A DNA stretch of 64,000 bases, taken from positions 22,441 to 86,440 of the forward strand of contig JAOPXU010000315.1 of assembly GCA_025964985.1 (NCBI GenBank). The letters run 5' to 3'. This stretch comes from Nocardioides sp. GTDB lineage: Bacteria > Actinomycetota > Actinomycetes > Propionibacteriales > Nocardioidaceae. Below are positions 29,036 through 38,381 of this stretch, in pieces (the first letter of the stretch is position 1; every line of letters begins with the position of its first letter). The position numbers and the translations under genes are program-made. Below the pieces are notes generated by a model. It saw only the letters and a list, made by a program, of their open reading frames with translations. It searched no databases and was not told where the DNA came from.

Positions 29036-29803
29036 TCACTCGGCGGTGACCCGGGACACCGTGCACAGCCGACCGTCCGAGTAGCCGCGGACCTCGGAGA
29101 GCCACAGCGAGCGACCCGCGTGGACCGTCTCGACCCGGAGCTCGTAGGGCGTCTCGACCGGCACCGCACGCACCTGCGCGATGTGCACCGACGACGTGCG
29201 CAGCGCGCTGCCCGCCGCGAGCCGGTACGTCGACGCAGCGAGCTCGGAGGCGGCGAACGAGATCCCGCCGTGGACGACGCCGCGCGGGTTGGCCAGCACG
29301 AGCGACGGCGCGACGACGAGCTGTGCGGGTCCCACGGGCTCGGCGCCGAGCGCCGCTGCCAGGCTCACGGCCGGCGCCAAGCGGGTCGGGAGCACCGGGG
29401 TCCCAGGGGTCGGCCCGTCTGCGATTTGACGACCCCGCTCACGCACCACGGCGACCAGCGTCCCGTCCTGGTCGTGCACCTGGCCGGAGGCGAACGACCC
29501 GGGCTGCAGCGCCGCGCCCCGCGCGACCAGCGTGCCGCCCGTCGTCGGCAGCGGAGCGACCACGTCGACCCAGATCTCGGTGCTCACGGTCCACGACCCC
29601 GGCGGCAGGCTCGCGATCAACGAGTAGCCGAGGACCTCGTCGACGAGGACCCCGAGCGCACCGACCGCCGGCGTGCCGTCCGGGCCGAGGACCGGCCCGG
29701 ACCACGGCATCGTCCCGACGAAGCCAGAGCCCTCGCCCTGACGAACGCCCACGTCGAACAGGTCGTCAGGGGCGCTGCGCACCGGCGTCACGGCACTCGC
29801 CAC
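29036..29803 (-). CDS. PaaI-like double-hotdog thioesterase
   Basis: LANPRGVVHGG motif in second hotdog; GTG start after GGAGG. Confidence 0.75.
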   Translation of the reverse strand: MASAVTPVRSAPDDLFDVGVRQGEGSGFVGTMPWSGPVLGPDGTPAVGALGVLVDEVLGYSLIASLPPGSWTVSTEIWVDVVAPLPTTGGTLVARGAALQPGSFASGQVHDQDGTLVAVVRERGRQIADGPTPGTPVLPTRLAPAVSLAAALGAEPVGPAQLVVAPSLVLANPRGVVHGGISFAASELAASTYRLAAGSALRTSSVHIAQVRAVPVETPYELRVETVHAGRSLWLSEVRGYSDGRLCTVSRVTAE

Positions 29804-29834
29804 GTCGTGCCTCCACATCGTCTTGCGCCAGACC

Positions 29835-29880
29835 TTGCTAACGATCGTTCACACCGTCTAACGTGCTAATGGTCAGGCCA
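29835..29880 (+). promoter_or_regulatory. Promoter with putative TetR operator in spacer and FadR operator at start
   Basis: -35 TTGCTA, -10 TAACGT; AACGATCGTTCACACCG (29840-56); TGGTCAGGCCA (29870-80). Confidence 0.7.
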
Positions 29881-29931
29881 AAGTCGGCCGGACGTCAACC
29901 ACCCGAAGCACGAGAGGACACCGCAGCCCTC

Positions 29932-30726
29932 ATGGACGAGTTCACCGACATCACGTACGAGGTCGAGAACGGCCTGGCCTGGATCACCATCAACCGCCCG
30001 GAGCGCTACAACGCGTTCCGCGCCCAGACCGTCGACGAGCTGGTCCTCGCCTTCAAGCGGGCCTGGGCCAGCAACGAGGTCGGCACGATCTGCCTCACCG
30101 GCGCCGGCGACAAGGCGTTCTGCTCCGGCGGCGACCAGAAGCAGCGGATGGAGACCGGCGACTACGGCCCGTCGGTCAGCGGCCTGTTCGAGGTCGAGGC
30201 GCTGCACCGCGTGATCCGCGACGTCCCCAAGCCGGTCATCGCGGCCGTCAACGGCATCGCGATCGGCGGCGGCCACGTGCTGCACGTGATCGCCGACCTG
30301 ACGATCGCCGCCGACACCGCGACGTTCGGCCAGAACGGCCCCAAGGTCGGGTCCTTCGACGCCGGTCTCGGCTCGGGCTACCTCGCCCGCGTCATCGGCG
30401 AGAAGCGTGCTCGCGAGATCTGGTTCATGCTGCGCCGGCTCACTGCGGAGGAGGCGTTGGACTGGGGTCTCGTCAACAAGGTCGTGCCCGCAGCCGACCT
30501 CAAGGACGAGGTCCGCGCCTGGGCCGAGACGATGAACTCCTACTCGCCCACTGCGCTCAAGGTGCTCAAGCAGTCCTTCAACACCGACACCGAGCACTTC
30601 ATCAGCGTCGGCAGCATGGCGATCACGACGCTAAAGATGTTCGGCGAGACCGAGGAGTCCAAGGAGGGCATCACCGCCTTCAACGAGAAGCGCAAGCCCG
30701 ACTTCTCCGCCTACCGCGGCAACTGA
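29932..30726 (+). CDS. BadI/MenB-family crotonase, likely 2-oxocyclohexanecarboxyl-CoA-type ring-opening hydrolase
   Basis: [37 protein letters not shown]; start MDEFTDI at 29932. Confidence 0.8.
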   Translation: MDEFTDITYEVENGLAWITINRPERYNAFRAQTVDELVLAFKRAWASNEVGTICLTGAGDKAFCSGGDQKQRMETGDYGPSVSGLFEVEALHRVIRDVPKPVIAAVNGIAIGGGHVLHVIADLTIAADTATFGQNGPKVGSFDAGLGSGYLARVIGEKRAREIWFMLRRLTAEEALDWGLVNKVVPAADLKDEVRAWAETMNSYSPTALKVLKQSFNTDTEHFISVGSMAITTLKMFGETEESKEGITAFNEKRKPDFSAYRGN

Positions 30727-30741
30727 CGGACGGGGGACGGC

Positions 30742-31878
30742 ATGAGGCTCGACGCCGAGCGTCTCGAGTTCGCCCGCGCGGTCGCGGACTTCTCCGCCCG
30801 TGAGTGCGGCACCCAGGCCCAGCTCGACGAGCTGACCCAGAACGAGACGCGTGCGCACAGCCCCGAGATCCTCGCCAAGCTCTCGGGGCTCGGCTGGCTC
30901 GGCGTCTCCCTGCCCGAGCAGTACGGCGGCGGCGGGGCCGGCTTCGTCGACGAGTGCGTCTTCATCGAGCAGGCACACCGCGGCCTGCTCCCGGGGCTGC
31001 TCGCCTACACCACCGGCCTCACCGCGGCCCAGACCTACCTCAAGTGGGGCAGCGAGGAGCAGAAGAAGACGATCTGCTCCAACCTCGCAGCGGGTCGCAC
31101 CGAGGCGATCGCCCTGTCGGAGCCGGGCACCGGCTCCGACCTCGGTGCCGTCCGCACGCGGGCCCTGCGCGATGGCGACGAATACGTCGTCGACGGCCAG
31201 AAGACCTGGATCTCGGTGGCCCACATCGCCGAGCACATGCTGGTCCTGGTCCGCGAGGACGCGTCCGGCCCCAAGCACGACGGCCTGACGCTGCTCATGG
31301 TGCCCACCGACACCGCGGGCATCGAGATGCGCGAGGTCCGCACCATGGAGGCACACACGTGCAACGACGTGTTCTTCACCGGGGTGCGAGTGCCGGCCGC
31401 CAACGTGGTCGGCACGGCCGGCCAGGGCTGGGGGCACCTGATGCGCGGACTCAGCGTGGAGCGGATGATCATCGCCGCCTTCTCGATCGGCGCGGCGCAG
31501 CGCTCGCTCGACGACGCCATCGCCTACATGGGGAAGCGTGAAGCCTTCGGCCGGTCGATCAGCGAGTTCCAGGCGTTGCGGCACCGCGTCGCAGACCTCG
31601 CCACCGACATCGCCACGACCCGCTCGTTCGTCTACGACGTGGCGCAGGCCATCGACGACGGACACGAGGACGGCCTGGCCGCCGAGTCGGCGATGGCCAA
31701 GATGCGCGCCACCGACGTGGCCAAGAACTCCGCGCTCGAGGCGATGCAGCTGATGGGCGGCGCCGGCTACGCCCGCGAGTACGGCATGGAGTTCCAGGTG
31801 CGCCGCGCCCTCGCCCCGCCGATCTTCGGCGGCACCAACGAGATCCAGCGCGAGATCATCGCCAAGTCCCTCTTCTGA
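30742..31878 (+). CDS. Acyl-CoA dehydrogenase
   Basis: ALSEPGTGSDL, GQKTWIS, AFGRSISEFQAL, IFGGTNEIQREII. Confidence 0.93.
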   Translation: MRLDAERLEFARAVADFSARECGTQAQLDELTQNETRAHSPEILAKLSGLGWLGVSLPEQYGGGGAGFVDECVFIEQAHRGLLPGLLAYTTGLTAAQTYLKWGSEEQKKTICSNLAAGRTEAIALSEPGTGSDLGAVRTRALRDGDEYVVDGQKTWISVAHIAEHMLVLVREDASGPKHDGLTLLMVPTDTAGIEMREVRTMEAHTCNDVFFTGVRVPAANVVGTAGQGWGHLMRGLSVERMIIAAFSIGAAQRSLDDAIAYMGKREAFGRSISEFQALRHRVADLATDIATTRSFVYDVAQAIDDGHEDGLAAESAMAKMRATDVAKNSALEAMQLMGGAGYAREYGMEFQVRRALAPPIFGGTNEIQREIIAKSLF

Positions 31879-31883
31879 CCCCT

Positions 31884-31921
31884 CCGTCCGCCCGGATCGG
31901 CCCCCCGCGCCGGGCGGACGG
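31884..31921. terminator. Bidirectional hairpin between convergent genes
   Basis: CCGTCCGCCCGG...CCGGGCGGACGG, 12-bp perfect stem. Confidence 0.65.
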
Positions 31922-32668
31922 TCAGGTGAAGATCGGGCCCGGGCGGCCGCCGTCGAGCGTGACGACCGCGCCGTTGGTGAGGGCCGCGCGGGGCGAGGCC
32001 AGGAACGTGATCGCCACGGCGACCTCCTCGGCGGTGATCGGACGTCCCAGGGCGTTGGCCGAGGCGGTCTCGCGGTAGGCCTCGTCGCCGTCGTTGCGCT
32101 CGGTGAGGGTCAGACCGGGGTGGACGCAGACGACGGAGATGCCGCCGGGGCCGAGCTCGTCGGCCAGGCTCTTGCTGAGGGCGACGACGCCGATGTTGCG
32201 CACCGACCCCGCGAGGTAGCCGGTCGACCGCGCGTTCATCCCGCTGACGTTGACCACCGCTCCGCCACCCGAGGCACGCAGGTGAGGCGCGGCCGCGCGG
32301 ACGACGCGTGCGTAGCCGAGCACCTTGGTGTCGACGTCGGCCAGGAACGATGCCTCGTCGAGTCCCGCGAGACCGGGCGCCTGGCCCGGGGTCGCCCGCG
32401 GTGCGGCGCAGTTGACGACCACGTCGAGCCGACCGAGTGTCGCGGCCGCCTGGTCGACCGCGGCGCGGACCGCACCGTCGTCGGTGGTGTCGGCGACGAC
32501 GTACAGCGCCCCCTCGAGGCCGGCTGCGGCCGACGCCAGCGCCACGCCGTCGCGTCCCAGCAGTGCGACCCGGGCACCCTCGGCGGTCAGAGCACGCGCC
32601 ACTGCCAGCCCGATGCCACGGCTGCCGCCGGTGACGAGCGCGGTCCTGCCGACGAGCCCGAGATCCAT
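31922..32668 (-). CDS. SDR-family oxidoreductase (atypical active site)
   Basis: TGGSRGIG; catalytic YxxxK replaced by GSVRN. Confidence 0.85.
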   Translation of the reverse strand: MDLGLVGRTALVTGGSRGIGLAVARALTAEGARVALLGRDGVALASAAAGLEGALYVVADTTDDGAVRAAVDQAAATLGRLDVVVNCAAPRATPGQAPGLAGLDEASFLADVDTKVLGYARVVRAAAPHLRASGGGAVVNVSGMNARSTGYLAGSVRNIGVVALSKSLADELGPGGISVVCVHPGLTLTERNDGDEAYRETASANALGRPITAEEVAVAITFLASPRAALTNGAVVTLDGGRPGPIFT

Positions 32669-32674
32669 GCCGGC

Positions 32675-33700
32675 CTAGATCGACGGCCGGTAGGAGTACG
32701 ACGAGGACCGCGAGAGCGCGAACTCGAAGATCCCCGAGCCGGGCACGCCGCCCCAGCGGAACGAGGCGAGCCGGTCGGTGAGCGAGGAGTCGAGGGTGCG
32801 CTGCGTGATCGAGCCGTCGAGCGGCCAGACCTCGCCCTCCACGTGGTTGACACCGAGGTCGGTGCCGTGGTGGCCGCCGTAGCCCCCGCCCGACATCAGA
32901 CCGCCACCGGCTGAGGCGTCGGTGTCGATGTCGAGCACCTCGCCGGACGCGGTGGTGACCCGGACCAGGCCGGCTCGGAGGTCGAGCTGGTCGTCGAAGA
33001 CGAGGTCGTGGCGCACGTCGACGATCGGGTCGAGGCCGCCGTCGGTGTGCATGACGGCGCCCTCCAGCAGCAGCCGCGAGCCGTCGCGCCCTTCGACGAG
33101 GAGGAAGCCGACGGAGCGATCCGGGAAGTTGGCCTGGTACCACACGTGGAGCCCTTGGCCGCCGGCCATCGTGCGGACACCGCGAGAGCGGTCGCGCTGG
33201 CTGTACCAGCGCTCGACGCGGCGGGTCTGACCGTCGATCGAGAGGGTGCCGGAGGCCCAGCCCGACTGGAAGAGGTGGGCGAACGACGTCGTCGTGCCTG
33301 ATGCGTTGGTGACCTCGACGTCGCCCCACCACGGCGGGGTGCGGGCCTCCCACAGCAGGTCGAACTTCATGCCGGTGGGGTTGTCGCGCAGGGAGAGCCG
33401 CCAGGTGCGGTTGGGGTCGAGGACCTCGTAGGAGAACGGACCGCAGGTGTCCCACGAGGTCGCGGAGAGCCGGGTCGAGTAGCGGGCGTTGCGCTGCTCG
33501 CGGTCGGTGCTGACGATGGCGAACCCGTCGACGGTGTCGCGCACGGGGTGCAGACCGAGGCCGAAGAGCACCGACGGCGTCGTGGCGTCGGCCGGGTGGA
33601 GGTTGAAGACGAACCGGTCGAAGAACTTCTCCGGCAGCCCCGACACCTCAGCGGGCGTGATGACCGGGTCGTGGAAGGTCTCGCCTGATCGGTTGCTCAT
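32675..33700 (-). CDS. Hypothetical all-beta protein (possible AttH/tocopherol-cyclase/CrtC-like fold)
   Basis: 341 aa, aromatic beta-rich; FFDRFVFN, HLFQSG, QRDRSRGVR motifs; translationally coupled to the kinase gene. Confidence 0.65.
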   Translation of the reverse strand: MSNRSGETFHDPVITPAEVSGLPEKFFDRFVFNLHPADATTPSVLFGLGLHPVRDTVDGFAIVSTDREQRNARYSTRLSATSWDTCGPFSYEVLDPNRTWRLSLRDNPTGMKFDLLWEARTPPWWGDVEVTNASGTTTSFAHLFQSGWASGTLSIDGQTRRVERWYSQRDRSRGVRTMAGGQGLHVWYQANFPDRSVGFLLVEGRDGSRLLLEGAVMHTDGGLDPIVDVRHDLVFDDQLDLRAGLVRVTTASGEVLDIDTDASAGGGLMSGGGYGGHHGTDLGVNHVEGEVWPLDGSITQRTLDSSLTDRLASFRWGGVPGSGIFEFALSRSSSYSYRPSI

Positions 33701-34752
33701 GGGTGCTCCGAGGTGGGGTGGGGTGCGAGCGGCAGGCCCGCGGTGCGGTGGGCGTCGTCGAGGAAGGCCTGCACGAGGGACTGGTCGGCGTAGTAGAGGT
33801 CGCCGACACCGCGGACCGCTCGGCGCCGGCCGTACTCGTAGAGCACGGCCAGCTTCCAGAGCGCGAGCGTGGTGTACCAGCGCAGCTGCGACAGGTCGGC
33901 CCCGGTGCGGGCGGCGTAGCGCGCAGCGAGCTCGTCGCGCGTCGGCCAGCCCTCCTCGAGCATCGCGACGCCGAGCTCCTCCGTCGGGTTGAAGGGGGCC
34001 GTGACCGGCACCGACGCCAGGAAGTAGCCGAGGTCGAAGAGCGGGTCGCCGATCGTGGCCAGCTCCCAGTCGAGGACGGCCTCGATCTCGCCGGGCCGAT
34101 CGACCGACAGCACGACGTTGCCCAGCCGGAAGTCGTTGTGCACGATGGCCGCACCCGACTCGGCGGGCACGTGCGCCGCGAGCCACTCGGCCACGACCGC
34201 GAAGGTCGGCGGAGGGGCGCCGGCGTCGTCCGCGACCAGGCGGCCCATGCGCGTCAGGTGACGGCCGTTGAACCCCTCCGGTCGACCGAGGTCGCCCAGA
34301 CCGGCGCCCCGCCAGTCGACCGCGTGCAGGTCGGCGAGCGTGTCGACGAGGGAGTCGCCGATGCGACGCCGCAGGGCCGGCGTGTCGAGCGGCGCGGGGG
34401 TGGTCGTGGTGACCACGGGGCCGCCGGCGAAGGACATCACGTAGAACGCGACGTCGAGCACGTCGCCCTCCGCGGCCGTCGCGAGCAGGTCGGCCACGGG
34501 CACGGGCGTCGCGCCGAGCGCCCCGACGAGCCGCGCCTCGCGCAGCATGTCGTGGGCGCCCGGCGGGGTCGGTGGCGGTGGCGGTCGTCGGACGACCACG
34601 CGGCGCCCGTCGGCGTCCTCGACGAGGTAGGTCAGGTTGGAGTGGCCGTCGCCGATCGCCCGCGTGGTGACGCTCCCCCGGGTGAGGTCGTGACCGGTGA
34701 GGAACTCCGCCAGCCGGGCGCGTTCATCGTCGCTCCAGTCCCAGTCGCTCAC
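33697..34752 (-). CDS. APH-family phosphotransferase (ACAD10/11 kinase / LvaA type)
   Basis: GHSNLTY, HDMLRE, VHNDFRLGNV, VLDWELATIGDP. Confidence 0.9.
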   Translation of the reverse strand: MSDWDWSDDERARLAEFLTGHDLTRGSVTTRAIGDGHSNLTYLVEDADGRRVVVRRPPPPPTPPGAHDMLREARLVGALGATPVPVADLLATAAEGDVLDVAFYVMSFAGGPVVTTTTPAPLDTPALRRRIGDSLVDTLADLHAVDWRGAGLGDLGRPEGFNGRHLTRMGRLVADDAGAPPPTFAVVAEWLAAHVPAESGAAIVHNDFRLGNVVLSVDRPGEIEAVLDWELATIGDPLFDLGYFLASVPVTAPFNPTEELGVAMLEEGWPTRDELAARYAARTGADLSQLRWYTTLALWKLAVLYEYGRRRAVRGVGDLYYADQSLVQAFLDDAHRTAGLPLAPHPTSEHP

Positions 34753-35579
34753 GAGCCGGTGAACCTGGGCTCGCGCTTGTCCTTGAACGCCGCCAACGCC
34801 TCGGGCATGTCGGCGGTGCGGGTCATCAGGGCCTGGCCCCGGTTCTCCAGCTCGAGGGCGGCGGCGTAGGACGTGACCTCCTGGTTGCGCTGGATGGCCC
34901 GCTTCGACATGCGCACTCCGGCCGGGCTGTTGCGCGCGATCTCCTGCGCCAGGGTGACGGCTGCGTCGAACAGCTCATCGGTGGGCACGACGCGGTTGAC
35001 CAGGCCGATCCGCTCGGCTTCCTCGGCCCCCACGAGCCGACCCGTGAAGCCGATCTCGGACGCACGGGCGGGACCGACCAGGCGGGTGAGGTTGTAGGAG
35101 GTGCCGAGCTCGCCGCACGACAGGCCGACCTTGACGAAGGCGGCGCTGAACTTCGCCGCGGGGTCGCACAGCCGGATGTCGGCGGCGAGGGCGAGCGCGA
35201 GGCCTCCCCCAGTGGCCGGCCCGTGCACGGCGGCGATGACGGGGAAGGGCAGGAACCGCAAGCCCTGGATGCCACCGGTGGCGGTCTCCTGGAACTTCAG
35301 GAACTCGCGCACGCCCATCTCGGCGATGACGTGGACCTCGTCGATGTCGAAACCGGCGCAGAACGCGCGGGTGCCGGTGGCGGTCACGATGAGCGCTCGC
35401 AGGGGTGCGTCGCGCAGGGCGAACGCCGCCTCCCCGAACTCGGTGAACATGCGCACGGTCTGGCTGTTGGCCCGGTCGGGCCGGTTGATCCGCAGCACGC
35501 CGACGGCGCCGGGCAGCACCTCGAAGGTGAGCTCCTGCAGGTCCGGGAAGTCGATCGTGGGTGTCTCGGTGGCGGTCAT
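34749..35579 (-). CDS. Enoyl-CoA hydratase/isomerase
   Basis: FCAGFDI, GGGLALALAAD; start MTATETP at 35579. Confidence 0.9.
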   Translation of the reverse strand: MTATETPTIDFPDLQELTFEVLPGAVGVLRINRPDRANSQTVRMFTEFGEAAFALRDAPLRALIVTATGTRAFCAGFDIDEVHVIAEMGVREFLKFQETATGGIQGLRFLPFPVIAAVHGPATGGGLALALAADIRLCDPAAKFSAAFVKVGLSCGELGTSYNLTRLVGPARASEIGFTGRLVGAEEAERIGLVNRVVPTDELFDAAVTLAQEIARNSPAGVRMSKRAIQRNQEVTSYAAALELENRGQALMTRTADMPEALAAFKDKREPRFTGS

Positions 35580-35584
35580 CGCTC

Positions 35585-36397
35585 TCACTCCCCCGTGAAT
35601 ACGGGACGGCGCTTCTCCTTGAAGGCCGCCAGCGCTTCGGGCATGTCGGTGGTCCGGGTCAGCAAAGCCTGCCCGCGGTTCTCGAGCTCGAGGGCGGCGG
35701 CGTATGAGCCGACCTCGAGGTTGGCCTGGATCGCCCGCTTCGACAGCTGGACGCCGGCGGGGCTGTTGGCCACGATCGTGCTCGCCAGTGCGAGCGCGTC
35801 GTCGACGGCCCCGCCGGGGGCGCTGAGCGAGTTGACCAGGCCGATGCGCAGGGCCTCGTCGGCGTCGATCATCCGACCGGTGAAGGCGATCTCGCTCGTC
35901 ACTGCCGGACCGACCAGCCGCGTCATCAGCCACGAGGTGCCGAGGTCGCCGGCCGACAGGCCGATGCGGGTGAAGGCCGCGTTGAACTTGGCCTCCGGGG
36001 CCCCGATGCGCACGTCGGCTTGGAGGGCCAGGGCGAGTCCGCCGCCGGCCGCCGCGCCGTTGACCGCAGCGATGACCGGGGTCCGGACCGAGCGGATCGC
36101 GAGCAGTGCCCGGGCGGCGCGCTCCTGTTGGTCGAGCATCCCGATCGCCCCGAGTCCGGCCAGGCCGTCGGCGTCGTCGAGGTCGTAGCCGCCGCAGAAG
36201 GCGCGACCCGCACCGGTCAGCACGATGACGCGGAGGTCGTCCTCCTGCCCGAGGTCGAGGGCGGCGCGCTCGAACTCGACGAACATGGTGTTGGTCATCG
36301 CGTTGTAGCGGTCGGGCCGGTGCAGCGTCAGCAGCACCACCCCCGGGCTGGGCTGCTCGAGCAGCAACGTCTCGTAGGGACGGTCGAGGGCCTTCAC
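35585..36397 (-). CDS. Enoyl-CoA hydratase/isomerase (paralog of neighbour)
   Basis: FCGGYDL, GGGLALALQAD; GTG start 36397. Confidence 0.9.
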   Translation of the reverse strand: MKALDRPYETLLLEQPSPGVVLLTLHRPDRYNAMTNTMFVEFERAALDLGQEDDLRVIVLTGAGRAFCGGYDLDDADGLAGLGAIGMLDQQERAARALLAIRSVRTPVIAAVNGAAAGGGLALALQADVRIGAPEAKFNAAFTRIGLSAGDLGTSWLMTRLVGPAVTSEIAFTGRMIDADEALRIGLVNSLSAPGGAVDDALALASTIVANSPAGVQLSKRAIQANLEVGSYAAALELENRGQALLTRTTDMPEALAAFKEKRRPVFTGE

Positions 36398-37584
36398 ACT
36401 GTCTCCTTCTCGTGGTGCTGGCGTACGACGCCGCCCTGTTCCCAGGCGGCGACGAGGTCCGGCGGGGCGCCCCACTCCGTGAGGGCCTCGCGGGTGTGCG
36501 CACCCGGGGCCGGGGGTGGCCGGTCGACCTGGGCGGTCGTCCGGCTGAAGCGCGGCTGAGGGGCGGGCTGGGTGATCCCGGCGACGTCGACGAAGGTGCC
36601 GCGGGCGACGTTGTGCGGGTCGCTCCAGGACTCCTCGACCTCCAGCACGGGCGAGACGCAGCCCCGGCCGGCGGCCCGGTGCACCCACTCGTCCCGGGTG
36701 CGGGTGGCGACCGCGCCGGCGATGACTGCCTTAGCCTGGGGCCAGCGCGCGTGGTCGTCCTGGGCCGGGAGGTCGTCGGTACCGAGGCCGAGCACGTCCA
36801 GCAGCTCGGCGTAGAAGTGGGGCTCGATGGCGGCCACGGCCAACCACCGGCTGTCGGCGGTCTCGTAGACGTCGTAGAACGGGGCGCCGGAGTCGACGAC
36901 GTTGGTGCCGCGGGCCGTGCGCCACGTGCCCCCGCTGACGAACCCGTGGAAGGCCGCCGCGAGCAGGGCGGCGCCGTCGGTCATCGCGGCGTCGACGACC
37001 TGGCCCACGCCCGAGCGCTGCACCTCCCAGACCGCGGCGAGCAGGCCCAATGCCAGCACCATGCCGCCGCCCCCGAAGTCGCCGACGAGGCTCAGCGGGG
37101 GCGTCGGCGGCTGCCCCGCGCGGCCGATGAGGGAGAGCACACCGCTCTGGGCGACGTAGTTGAGGTCGTGCCCGACGGCCTGGGCCAGCGGCCCGTCCTG
37201 ACCGAAACCGGTCATCCGCCCGTAGATGAGCCGGGGGTTGACCGCGAGGCAGTCGTCGGGGCCGACCCCGAGCCGCTCGGTGACCCCGGGTCGGAACCCT
37301 TCGAGGAGGACGTCGGCCGACGCGACCAGCCCGAGCACCACGTCGCGGCCCTGGGGGTGCTTGAGGTCGACGGCCACCGAGCGGCGGCCGCGGTGCAGCA
37401 CCTCGGTCTCGAAGTCGGTGTTGGGACCGACCAGCTCCGCACCGGCGGCGCGGTCGACCCGGATCACGTCGGCACCCAGGTCCGCGAGCAGCATCGCGCA
37501 GAACGGGCCGGGGCCGATGCTGCCCAGCTCGACCACCTTGAGCCCGACCAGGGGGCCCGTGGGCCGCACCGGGTTCTCCGTCAT
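36394..37584 (-). CDS. CaiB/BaiF CoA-transferase III family, alpha-methylacyl-CoA racemase-like
   Basis: GIGP-like SIGPGPF, EGFRPGV, GHDLNY, VGDFGGG, PAPQPRFSRT; ATG 37584 after GGAGG. Confidence 0.9.
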   Translation of the reverse strand: MTENPVRPTGPLVGLKVVELGSIGPGPFCAMLLADLGADVIRVDRAAGAELVGPNTDFETEVLHRGRRSVAVDLKHPQGRDVVLGLVASADVLLEGFRPGVTERLGVGPDDCLAVNPRLIYGRMTGFGQDGPLAQAVGHDLNYVAQSGVLSLIGRAGQPPTPPLSLVGDFGGGGMVLALGLLAAVWEVQRSGVGQVVDAAMTDGAALLAAAFHGFVSGGTWRTARGTNVVDSGAPFYDVYETADSRWLAVAAIEPHFYAELLDVLGLGTDDLPAQDDHARWPQAKAVIAGAVATRTRDEWVHRAAGRGCVSPVLEVEESWSDPHNVARGTFVDVAGITQPAPQPRFSRTTAQVDRPPPAPGAHTREALTEWGAPPDLVAAWEQGGVVRQHHEKETV

Positions 37585-37621
37585 CTGGACACCTCCGGCG
37601 TCACTGTAAGGCGGGGTCGAT

Positions 37622-37632
37622 TGGCCAGGCCA
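37622..37632. promoter_or_regulatory. FadR/GntR-type operator
   Basis: TGGCCAGGCCA upstream of racemase operon, near -10 TACAGT. Confidence 0.5.
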
Positions 37633-37679
37633 AAGATCACGTGGCGGGTGGTGGAGGTAGTTCCAGGGGCGTGCCGGCG

Positions 37680-38381
37680 CTACAGGGCGATCTGCTCCTG
37701 CACGGCGCGGTCGGTGAGCTGGGCGACCGGCCCGTCCCCGACCAGGCGCCCCGCCCGGAGCGCGAGGTAGCGCGTGGCGACCCGCTGGATCATCGAGATG
37801 TGCTGCTCGACGAGCAGCAGCGCGGTGCCGCGCGACCGGATCTCCTCCAGCGCCACCACGATGGCGTCGATGATCACCGGGGCCAGGCCCTCGGTGGGCT
37901 CGTCGAGCATCAGCAGGGCCGGCTCGGCCATCAGGGCCCGTCCGATCGCCAGCATCTGCTGCTCGCCGCCGGACAGGGACGTACCGGAACGGTCGCGTCC
38001 GCGGCCCAGGTTGGGGAACAGCTCGTAGACCGCATCGGGCGTCCACGAGCCGCGGCGCCGCGAGGCCCGGCCCAGGAGCAGGTTCTCCTCGACCGTGAGG
38101 TTGCCGAAGATGCGCTTGCCCTGAGGCACCAGGGAGACCCCCAGCGAGGTCGGCTTGTGCGCCGGCGCGCCGGTGACGCGGGTGCCGTCGACCCGGATCT
38201 CCCCGGTCACCCGCGGGACGCCGTAGACGGACAGCAGCGTGGTGGTCTTGCCGGCGCCGTTGCGTCCGACGAGCCCGACGGTCTCGCCGGCAGCGATGGC
38301 GAACGAGACGTCCTGCAGGATCACCGCGCCGCCGTAGAAGGCGTGGACGCCCTCGAGCTCGAGGACGGGTACGTCGCTCAT
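37680..38381 (-). CDS. Liv-type ABC transporter ATP-binding protein (LivF-like)
   Basis: GRNGAGKTT, LSGGEQQML, DEPTEGLAP. Confidence 0.92.
   Translation of the reverse strand: MSDVPVLELEGVHAFYGGAVILQDVSFAIAAGETVGLVGRNGAGKTTTLLSVYGVPRVTGEIRVDGTRVTGAPAHKPTSLGVSLVPQGKRIFGNLTVEENLLLGRASRRRGSWTPDAVYELFPNLGRGRDRSGTSLSGGEQQMLAIGRALMAEPALLMLDEPTEGLAPVIIDAIVVALEEIRSRGTALLLVEQHISMIQRVATRYLALRAGRLVGDGPVAQLTDRAVQEQIAL

Noticed and set aside
33697-34752. Aminoglycoside resistance genes (also 60047-61120)
   Set aside because: Motifs and context fit ACAD10/11/LvaA-type metabolic kinases rather than antibiotic-modifying APH enzymes
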